A stretch of 32,000 nt of DNA, from contig NC_006576.1 of the NCBI RefSeq assembly GCF_000010065.1, positions 450,001 through 482,000 of the forward strand. Direction: 5' to 3'. The stretch comes from Synechococcus elongatus PCC 6301 (GTDB taxonomy: Bacteria > Cyanobacteriota > Cyanobacteriia > Synechococcales > Synechococcaceae). Shown here in pieces: positions 10,115-17,430 of this stretch; the stretch's first letter is position 1; the number at the start of each line of letters is the position of its first letter. Both the position numbers and the translations under genes were made by a program. Below the pieces are notes generated by a model. It was not told the DNA's origin, did no database searches, and worked only from the letters and a program-made list of their open reading frames with translations.

Positions 10115-10150
10115 AAAAAAAGCGATCGCCCCAGATATCCGAGCGATCGC
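10115..10150 (-). terminator. Putative terminator for the M1 aminopeptidase gene formed by two HIP1 palindromes
   Basis: Minus strand: GCGATCGC-(13 nt)-GCGATCGC followed immediately by TTTTTTT. Confidence 0.55.
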
Positions 10151-10179
10151 AGTCTTAAATCACTGCCAGTTCCAGCAGA

Positions 10180-12777
10180 TTACTGTTTTGATTCGAGGGC
10201 CAACAAACGATTTTGCAGCTTTTGATTTTCCTGCCGTAGCTGATCCATTTCCTCGCGCAATTGCCTCAAGGACTGATCTGGCCCCATTTGCTTCTGAACC
10301 CGAGCGATCGCTTCATCCCCCACCCGTTTGACTCGTCCATCAAGACTCATCCCTGCAAGGGATTGCAACAGGCTTAGGGCCTGCGGTGTTTTCATTCGAC
10401 CTAGCGACGTCACAACTGCCACTTGCGTCAGGAAGAAATCTTCTTGGGCAAGGCTGCGCAATGTGGCTAAAACGCGAGCGATCGCGGCGTCTGTTTGACC
10501 CGCAGAAACAGGACCCAGTGCCCGAATTGCAGCGAGTCGCAGCGGTTGCGGCACACCCCGCAAAGTTTGCGCCTCGATCAGCTCTAGGGCTTCAGCGGAA
10601 TCCGAGAACTGAGCTAACGCTGTTACGGCTGCCGATCGCACTACTTCATTCCAGCCCGATCGCTCTTTGAGAACACTCTTGAGGAGCTTGATCACTGCCT
10701 TATCTTTGCGATCGCCGGCGATCGGTTGGCTCGCCACCTGAGCCAACGCCGTAATTGCACTGGCTTCGGCGTAGTAGCTGGCGTCTCCCGCTTCAACGGC
10801 TGATTTCAAAGCTCGATAGCGATCGCGGCTGCGGCTTTGTCCGAGAGCAGTAAATACCGCCCGACGAACCCGAGGATCACTATCTTTGACGGCTTTAATC
10901 AGCGCCGTCTCCGCTGCTTCTAGGCCGATGCTGCCTAGTTGACCGGCAATCTCAGCGCGGACGCCCCAAAACGTATCTTTGTGGAGCGCATCAGCGAGGG
11001 CCGCGATCGCTTCCCGACCGCCCATTTTGGCGAGGGCTGCTGCTGCCTGAATCCGCGCCACCGGATCGGAATCGTGCTGCACCTGCGATCGTAGTTCGGC
11101 CAGCGGATAGTCCAGCTCGACAGTTTTGAGGGCGTGATTGCCGACATCAAAGCTGATGAAATCGGGCTTGGTTGCCAGCGGTAGATAGAAGGTTTGCTCC
11201 GCTTCGTGGATGCGGAGTCGGAAGACTTGGCTCTCGGTTTCCACGCTACGACCTCGCCCCCGCAACTGACAGAAGGCGATCGGCACGGTGAGGTCGAACA
11301 GATCCTTACCGTCCTTCGATTGTGTCTGCTGCACCGTCAACTTAGCGAGCTTGGCGTCAGCATCCCAGCTGTAGCTGACCTTGAAGTCGGGATGGCCGCC
11401 TCGGAAGACGTACTGGTCAAACAGCGGCAGCAGATTTCGCCCCGTGGTCTGCTCAATGCTGCGTAACAGGTCGACCGTCTCGACGGTTTGATGAGCATGT
11501 TGCTGCACAAAGCGATGGATCGAAGCCCAGAACAGCTCTTCACCCAGTTCCGTACGCAGCAGGTGATAGACGCAAGCGCCTTTTTCGTAGAGGTGGCGAT
11601 CGTAGAGTTCGATCGCCTCGCGGTAGACGTGGGTGACGATCGGCCGGCGGTAGCGATTGCGATCTTCGTCGAGGTAGCTGCGCAGCGTTTGTAGGCGATA
11701 GTAGGCAGCTTCCTCAGCACCGTACTCATGGTCAATCCAGAGACTTTCCGAGTAGGTGGCCATGCCCTCTTTGATCCAGCCGTGGGACCAGTGGCGAATC
11801 ACCAGCAAATCGCCAAACCATTGGTGCGCCAGCTCATGAGCCACTAGCGTCTCGGAGCTGCGGTTATCGATCGCGGCGCGTTCATCCAGCAAACAGCGAT
11901 CGGTCAGGAGAGTGCAGGCGGTGTTTTCCATGCCGCCAAAGATGAAGTCGTCGACACAGACTTGCGCGTACTGGACGAAGGGATAGCGATAGCCAAAAGT
12001 ACGGCTAAAGAACTCGACCATGCGTGGCGTTTTGCCCATGGTGCGCAGGCCCTGATCTTCGCGGCCTTTTTCGACGTAATAGCGGATAGGAATACCGTCC
12101 CAGCTATCCTCTAGTTCTGCAAAGTCACCCACCGCCAAGGTCATCAAATAGGTGGGATGCGGCTCCGACTGCCGCCAATGGAACTGTTGCTGTCCCCCAT
12201 GATCGGTGACCGCAATCGCCTCCCCATTAGAAATGGCACGGTAAGGCTTGGGCACCGTCACCTTCAGTTCGCTGGTTGCCAGTTGTCCCGGATAGTCGAA
12301 GCAGGGAAACCAGTAGCGTGAGTCTTCATCCTCGCCCTGCGTCCAAACCTGAACAGGCTTGTTGGGATAGTCCTCATCGGGCTGGATGAAGTAGAGCCCG
12401 CGCTGCGGGCGATCGAGGCGGTAGTGAATCGTGATTTCTAGCGATCGCCCAACTTTAGTGGCATTGGGCAGATGAATCCGCAGCTGCTCTCCGTCGTAGT
12501 CAAAACGAGCCGATCGCCGGCCAATATTGACCGCTTCAATCTGCTGTTGCACCGCATCCAGTTCCAGCAGTTCAATCCCATCGCGCACGGGCTTGAGACG
12601 GATCTGACAGGTTCCCGCCACCTGCTGCTGTTGCAAATCCAGCGTCAGATCTAGCGCAATATGTTCCACCTGCCCCGGGCGATCGGGCACGTAGTGCGGC
12701 TTAGCACCAGGCAATTCAAAACTGGGGCGATCGCCGCCATCAAAACCAAGCGAAAAAAAGCGGTGATGCTGGGGCAT
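10180..12777 (-). CDS. M1 family aminopeptidase with C-terminal HEAT repeats
   Basis: 865-aa ORF with GGMENTACT, HELAHQWFGDLL zinc motif; C-terminal HEAT-like repeats (AAAALAKMGGREAIAALADALHKD...). Confidence 0.92.
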   Translation of the reverse strand: MPQHHRFFSLGFDGGDRPSFELPGAKPHYVPDRPGQVEHIALDLTLDLQQQQVAGTCQIRLKPVRDGIELLELDAVQQQIEAVNIGRRSARFDYDGEQLRIHLPNATKVGRSLEITIHYRLDRPQRGLYFIQPDEDYPNKPVQVWTQGEDEDSRYWFPCFDYPGQLATSELKVTVPKPYRAISNGEAIAVTDHGGQQQFHWRQSEPHPTYLMTLAVGDFAELEDSWDGIPIRYYVEKGREDQGLRTMGKTPRMVEFFSRTFGYRYPFVQYAQVCVDDFIFGGMENTACTLLTDRCLLDERAAIDNRSSETLVAHELAHQWFGDLLVIRHWSHGWIKEGMATYSESLWIDHEYGAEEAAYYRLQTLRSYLDEDRNRYRRPIVTHVYREAIELYDRHLYEKGACVYHLLRTELGEELFWASIHRFVQQHAHQTVETVDLLRSIEQTTGRNLLPLFDQYVFRGGHPDFKVSYSWDADAKLAKLTVQQTQSKDGKDLFDLTVPIAFCQLRGRGRSVETESQVFRLRIHEAEQTFYLPLATKPDFISFDVGNHALKTVELDYPLAELRSQVQHDSDPVARIQAAAALAKMGGREAIAALADALHKDTFWGVRAEIAGQLGSIGLEAAETALIKAVKDSDPRVRRAVFTALGQSRSRDRYRALKSAVEAGDASYYAEASAITALAQVASQPIAGDRKDKAVIKLLKSVLKERSGWNEVVRSAAVTALAQFSDSAEALELIEAQTLRGVPQPLRLAAIRALGPVSAGQTDAAIARVLATLRSLAQEDFFLTQVAVVTSLGRMKTPQALSLLQSLAGMSLDGRVKRVGDEAIARVQKQMGPDQSLRQLREEMDQLRQENQKLQNRLLALESKQ

Positions 12778-12872
12778 AGGACAAACTGGGCAGGAGCGCT
12801 GGGATCTACTCTAGTTCAGGGCTTGCCTTGCTCCGCTAAACTCTCTTCAGCTCATTTTTAAACCGGCCCAAC

Positions 12873-13391
12873 ATGGCAAGCGCACCTTGGGTTTTTGCCT
12901 ATGGCTCACTGATCTGGCGACCTGATTTTGCTTGGCAGGATCGCCAGCCTGCGGTGCTTCGCGGTTGGAAGCGGCGCTTTTGGCAACTGTCTACAGATCA
13001 CCGCGGTACGCCCAGCCAACCTGGACGGGTTGTGACCTTGGTTCCAGATGCACAAGCGGAATGCGTAGGAGTAGCGTTTCAGCTCATGGGTGACGTGGGT
13101 GCTATCCTCACGGCGCTCGACTATCGCGAGAAAGATGGTTATGACCGTCAAGAACTGGTGATTGAACTGCAGGATCAACGACAGGTCACAGCGATCGTCT
13201 ACGTTGCGCAAGCTCAGAATCCGCGCTTTGCTGGCCCAACCCCTGTCCCTGCGATCGCTGATCAAGTGCGACGCAGCTATGGCCCTAGTGGCAGTAACGC
13301 CGAGTATGTACTGCGACTCGACCAAGCGCTAACAGCTTTGGGCTGGGAAGACCCCCATGTGCGAGCGATCGCCAATCTTGTGGCAGCCTGA
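12873..13391 (+). CDS. Gamma-glutamylcyclotransferase (ChaC-like)
   Basis: WVFAYGSLIWRPDFAW and YREKDGYDRQEL motifs characteristic of ChaC/GGCT proteins. Confidence 0.88.
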   Translation: MASAPWVFAYGSLIWRPDFAWQDRQPAVLRGWKRRFWQLSTDHRGTPSQPGRVVTLVPDAQAECVGVAFQLMGDVGAILTALDYREKDGYDRQELVIELQDQRQVTAIVYVAQAQNPRFAGPTPVPAIADQVRRSYGPSGSNAEYVLRLDQALTALGWEDPHVRAIANLVAA

Positions 13392-13787
13392 GCTCTTCTG
13401 AACCTAATCGTTCAAGTCAGCCAGCTTTGCATCAGCCAAAACTAATTTGCATTGCCTTTGAATTTTAAATACAAAACTGAAAACTCTAGGGATTTGATTG
13501 ACCAGCTCCCAACCCGTTGGGAAGTACCTGTCGATTTTAGGTTGGATGATCTATCACCTGGTTTTCCTCGAAAAACTCAAGCATTACTTTTAAGATAATC
13601 CCGAAAAATTCACTTAAGCAAGCTCAAATTCATCAATCAACCAAAATCGTTCTTAGGAGTAATTTTTGCTTAAAAACATTTCCTTAATAAATCAAGTGAT
13701 CCATTTTTATTTCAGAGAGCTAGCTTATGAGTCAAGGGCGAATCAAAAATTGCTCTTGAGAGTTAAAACACTTAATTGGAGTCTGTC

Positions 13788-14066
13788 ATGTCTCAATTCA
13801 TTAATTTGATCAACGATCAAAATGCTCAGGAACTTCTAGGCGGAACTACCTACAATCCACCGAGCTATCCTTATCCTTCGTATCCAAAACACAGCTGGTC
13901 GGTTAAGCAGTCTGTGTATGCACCAATCAAGTCCGTAGCAGTTAGTAGTTCTGACGCTACAGCATTCAATATTGGTGTTAAAAATCTCTTCAGCCCACAA
14001 ATTGCTACAGCTACTGCAATTTCTGGAGCTACATCGACAGTTATTGGCGGAACTGTATCTGCCTAA
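13788..14066 (+). CDS. Small double-glycine-leader secreted protein 1 (EbfG-like)
   Basis: ATG at 13788 with upstream GGAG; 92 aa MSQFINLINDQNAQELLGG|TTYNPPSYPYP...SPQIATATAISGATSTVIGGTVSA; paralogous to the next two ORFs. Confidence 0.9.
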   Translation: MSQFINLINDQNAQELLGGTTYNPPSYPYPSYPKHSWSVKQSVYAPIKSVAVSSSDATAFNIGVKNLFSPQIATATAISGATSTVIGGTVSA

Positions 14067-14110
14067 AGTTCAATTAGTGGAAAGCATTCGTAAACTAACA
14101 GGAGATAATC

Positions 14111-14401
14111 ATGTCTAAACTCATTAATACTATCGATGACAACCATGCCCAATCCCTTGTGGGAGGGAGTGGTTATTCCATTCCTACGTATCCCAAACAT
14201 CCTTATCCTAACTACTATGGAAAGCCGTCATCGAGCGTTCAGCAGTCGGTTTCAGCGCCGATTACTTCAATTGCTGGCAGCAGCTCTAATGCACTTGCAT
14301 TCAATATTGGATCGTTTAACTTGGCGAGTCCTCAAATTGCTAAAGCAACTGCTGTATCCAGTGCCACTTCACTTGTCTATGGTGGGACTGTTTCAGCTTA
14401 A
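14111..14401 (+). CDS. Small double-glycine-leader secreted protein 2 (EbfG-like)
   Basis: GGAGAT SD before the ATG; MSKLINTIDDNHAQSLVGG|SGYSIPTYPKHPYPNYYG...SPQIAKATAVSSATSLVYGGTVSA. Confidence 0.9.
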   Translation: MSKLINTIDDNHAQSLVGGSGYSIPTYPKHPYPNYYGKPSSSVQQSVSAPITSIAGSSSNALAFNIGSFNLASPQIAKATAVSSATSLVYGGTVSA

Positions 14402-14412
14402 CTAGGCTGACA

Positions 14413-14452
14413 TAGTGAAATGCTCATTACAGAGTTGATGAGCATTTCATTA
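14413..14452 (+). repeat. Intercistronic inverted repeat (15-bp arms, 10-nt loop) between small ORFs 2 and 3
   Basis: TAGTGAAATGCTCAT-TACAGAGTTG-ATGAGCATTTCATTA; only one G.T pair; no downstream T run. Confidence 0.85.
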
Positions 14453-14478
14453 CTCCTTCACTTTATGAGGAACGAATT

Positions 14479-14754
14479 GTGAATCAGTGGCTTGAGTCTA
14501 TCAATGATGATACTGCTCAACAGCTCTTGGGCGGTAAATTCTGGGGGAATAAATGGGGATTATATAAGCCCTCTAAGCCGATCTTAGGAATTGGTCAGAG
14601 TGTGACATCTCCAATTCAATCAAGTGCGATTAGTATTTCTAGAGCTACCGCAATTAATATTTCTATATTTAGCAACAATAGTCCTCAGATTGCTACTGCA
14701 ACATCTATCTCTGGTTCAACTTCTTTTGTAGAGGGTGGAGCAGTTACAGCCTAA
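14479..14754 (+). CDS. Small double-glycine-leader secreted protein 3 (EbfG-like)
   Basis: GTG start with upstream GAGG; MNQWLESINDDTAQQLLGG|KFWGNKWGLYKP...SPQIATATSISGSTSFVEGGAVTA. Confidence 0.88.
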   Translation: MNQWLESINDDTAQQLLGGKFWGNKWGLYKPSKPILGIGQSVTSPIQSSAISISRATAINISIFSNNSPQIATATSISGSTSFVEGGAVTA

Positions 14755-14901
14755 CCAAAAACTAATTAAAACAATATACTCATTAGACCTATAAATCTAC
14801 TTGTATTATGAACTTTTAAGTACACATTTAAACTATTTTATTTGCGATTATATTTCTTTAGTTTTATGTCTTGTTGTTCAATGTTGTTTGAGGGCATCGA
14901 T

Positions 14902-15150
14902 ATGCAAGTTGAATTTGATTTGATTACAGATTTGTCAGATGGGCAAGCTGAGATGGTGACAGGAGCATTATTGCAAACAGCCAATTCAGTAGCAGCAGCA
15001 ATTGCAAAATCAACTGCGATCGCTCCTACTGGGATTGCAATTAGTGCAGGAACTGTCGCCAATGCACTTTCTATTGCTCAGAATATTGGTGTGAGTACAG
15101 TCACATCACCTTCTATACGAGTCCCCATTAACGTAGCTGTCAATCTTTAG
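14902..15150 (+). CDS. Divergent fourth small leader-containing protein (EbfG4-like)
   Basis: ATG 14902 preceded by GAGGG; MQVEFDLITDLSDGQAEMVTG|ALLQTANSVAAAIAKSTAIAPTGIAISAG...; the ORF is open from 14842 so the start is uncertain. Confidence 0.8.
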   Translation: MQVEFDLITDLSDGQAEMVTGALLQTANSVAAAIAKSTAIAPTGIAISAGTVANALSIAQNIGVSTVTSPSIRVPINVAVNL

Positions 15151-15182
15151 CCAGTGCGATCGCAAGTATTTGGACTCTGGAA

Positions 15183-15210
15183 ATTGAGGGTGGGTAATAC
15201 CACTCTCAAT
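15183..15210 (+). promoter_or_regulatory. Candidate attenuator/terminator hairpin between the small-ORF array and the transporter gene
   Basis: ATTGAGGGTGG-GTAATA-CCACTCTCAAT (11-bp stem with one G.T pair), followed by CTCTGATATTTTTC. Confidence 0.5.
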
Positions 15211-15244
15211 CTCTGATATTTTTCATCCTTCACTCTTAAGTATC

Positions 15245-17389
15245 GTGAAATATGCATGTATTCGGCAACAAAGTGAAGAGGACTGTGGAGCGGCCTGCAT
15301 CGCAACAGTTGCAAAATACTATGGCCGTCACTTTGCACTCAATCGAGTACGGGAAATTGTCGGCACAGGTTCGCAGGGAACTTCTCTGTTAGGACTTCGT
15401 AGGGGTGCTGAATCTTTAGGATTCAATGCTCGTCAGGTAAGGGCTTCGTTGGAACTCATTGATCATTTAAAAGAAGCACCACTTCCAGCAATCATCCACT
15501 GGAAGGGTTATCACTGGGTGATTTTATATGGCCAAAGGGGAAAGCAATATATCATTGCAGACCCAGGGCTTGGCATACGCTACATCAATCGACATGAGTT
15601 ATTAACTAGCTGGAGTAATGGCGTTATGCTGCTACTTCAGCCAGATAGTGAGAAATTTTACAGTCAAGAAAATGATAAGAATGATAGCTGGATTCGCATT
15701 ATTCGACGGGTTTGGAACTTTAAAACACTCCTGATTCAAGTTGTCATCATTAATATTGTGATTGGTATTTTGGCACTATCAATGCCACTCATGATGCAGT
15801 TTTTAACAGATGATGTCTTGATTAGAAAGGATACACATCTCCTATTCACAGTTGCGATCGCAGTAATTGCGATGAATTTTTTTAGGAATATTATCAATCT
15901 AGTTCAATCTCATCTAGTTGGATATTTTGGCCAAAAGCTACAGCTAGATCTCATTTTGGAGTATGGTCATCGACTTCTCCATTTACCCATGGCTTATTTT
16001 GATAATCATCGCAGTGGAGAAGTGATTAGTCGAATTGGTGATATTCGGCGAATCAATGATCTAGTCTCAAAAATTGTACTTGGCCTGCCCAGCCAGTTCT
16101 TTATTGCCTTGATATCTCTATTCATCATGCTTCGTTACAGCTCAATTTTGACAGCTGCAGCGATTGCCGCATTTTTTGTCGTGACTCTTTTTAATTTAAT
16201 TTTTCTTCCTTTTTTACGACAAAAAAATAAGCAGCTAATTGCTGAATCGTCCGAGAATCAAGGCTTCCTTGTTGAAACTTTTCGTGGAGCTGTCTTGCTG
16301 AAGACAACTCAAGCGATCCATCAAGCATGGGAAGAGTATCAGCAAAACTTTGGCCGACTTTCTTTTTTATCTTGGGGAGCACTCAAGCTAGATATTTATG
16401 CCGGAACTACAACCGATTTTCTATCAACTATAACTAATGTTAGTATTCTCTGGCTAGGCAGTAGCTTGGTCATTGATGGCACGCTAAGTATTGGCCAACT
16501 GCTAGCCTTTAGTGGCTTTAGTGGTAACTTATTAGGCTTTTTATCTGGAACAGTTGCACTTGCTGACGAATTTTTAATTTCGCAGGTTGTCATTCAACGT
16601 TTATCAGAAGTTTTAAGTTCAACCCCAGAGGATACTATCTCCTCTCATAAGCCTTGGATTCAAATTCCTGATGATACTAACATCATCTGCAAGAATGTTA
16701 CTTTCCACCATCCAGGTCGTGTTGATCTACTGAGGAATTTTGATCTAACAATTCCAGGGGGCCTAGTCACTGCTCTAATTGGGCAATCTGGTTGTGGTAA
16801 AAGTACTCTTGCCAAGCTGATTTCTGGCCTCTATCATCTTGACTCTGGAAACATTCAATTTGGCATTTATAACCAACAAGACATTGCTTTAGATTGCTTA
16901 CGTCAACAGGTTGTTTTGGTTCCTCAAGATGCTCATTTCTGGAGTCGTTCTATTGTCGAAAATTTCAAATTTTCTCATCCCAATACATCATTTGAAAATA
17001 TAGTTAAAGCTTGTCGAATCACAATGGCAGATGAATTTATCAATGAACTTCCTGACAAATATCAAACCGTATTAGGTGAATTTGGGGCTAATTTATCGGG
17101 GGGGCAGAGGCAAAGGCTTGCCTTGGCAAGAGCGATTATCAATAATCCACCTGTCTTGATCCTTGACGAGTCTACTAGCGCTCTTGATCCCGTCATGGAA
17201 AGTCAGATCCTTGATAGCCTACTAGCATTTAGAAGAGGTAAAACGACAATTATTATCAGCCACCGGCCACGAGTAATTCAACGTTCTGATTGGATTGCAT
17301 TCCTTGAGAAGGGAGAATTAAAAGCTCAAGGACGTCCAAATGACCTGAAATCACTTGTTGGTGATCATCTTAAGTTTATTGCCCCTTAA
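15245..17389 (+). CDS. pteB: C39 peptidase-containing ABC transporter (bacteriocin/microcin type; PteB-like)
   Basis: GTG start; N-terminal C39 motif QQSEEDCGAACIATVAKYYG with HWKGYHWVILY...DPGLG, multiple TM segments, Walker A GQSGCGKST, signature LSGGQRQRLALARAI, Walker B VLILDEST. Confidence 0.93.
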   Translation: MKYACIRQQSEEDCGAACIATVAKYYGRHFALNRVREIVGTGSQGTSLLGLRRGAESLGFNARQVRASLELIDHLKEAPLPAIIHWKGYHWVILYGQRGKQYIIADPGLGIRYINRHELLTSWSNGVMLLLQPDSEKFYSQENDKNDSWIRIIRRVWNFKTLLIQVVIINIVIGILALSMPLMMQFLTDDVLIRKDTHLLFTVAIAVIAMNFFRNIINLVQSHLVGYFGQKLQLDLILEYGHRLLHLPMAYFDNHRSGEVISRIGDIRRINDLVSKIVLGLPSQFFIALISLFIMLRYSSILTAAAIAAFFVVTLFNLIFLPFLRQKNKQLIAESSENQGFLVETFRGAVLLKTTQAIHQAWEEYQQNFGRLSFLSWGALKLDIYAGTTTDFLSTITNVSILWLGSSLVIDGTLSIGQLLAFSGFSGNLLGFLSGTVALADEFLISQVVIQRLSEVLSSTPEDTISSHKPWIQIPDDTNIICKNVTFHHPGRVDLLRNFDLTIPGGLVTALIGQSGCGKSTLAKLISGLYHLDSGNIQFGIYNQQDIALDCLRQQVVLVPQDAHFWSRSIVENFKFSHPNTSFENIVKACRITMADEFINELPDKYQTVLGEFGANLSGGQRQRLALARAIINNPPVLILDESTSALDPVMESQILDSLLAFRRGKTTIIISHRPRVIQRSDWIAFLEKGELKAQGRPNDLKSLVGDHLKFIAP

Positions 17390-17430
17390 TTCCTTTGAAT
17401 TGAGTTATTTAATCTTGCTGGAGGCTCCCA

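Noticed and set aside
14136-14405. Plus-strand 89-aa ORF in an alternate frame over small ORF 2
   Set aside because: The frame in use (14111..14401) has an SD, a leader and paralog conservation; the alternate frame does not.
14842-14901. Longer N-terminus for the fourth small ORF (MRLYFFSFMSCCSMLFEGID)
   Set aside because: The hydrophobic/Cys segment could look like a signal, but the GAGGG SD is placed correctly for ATG 14902 and the leader-type sequence begins there. Left as a residual uncertainty on the start codon.
14838-15062. Minus-strand ORF (74 aa) opposite the fourth small ORF, a possible antitoxin or immunity gene
   Set aside because: No SD, no family resemblance, and the plus-strand reading has a leader-like N-terminus; treated as a shadow ORF.
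13788-15150. Interpretation as a classical class II bacteriocin (microcin) cluster
   Set aside because: No immunity gene candidate, mature regions are large, Ser/Thr-rich and not cationic-amphipathic, and the arrangement matches the biofilm-peptide locus recalled from literature. Antimicrobial activity is not excluded by sequence alone.
15147-15338. Minus-strand ORF (63 aa) spanning the gap before the transporter as a possible immunity protein
   Set aside because: Overlaps the conserved C39 catalytic coding region, has no TM or immunity-like features, and does not fit the operon direction.
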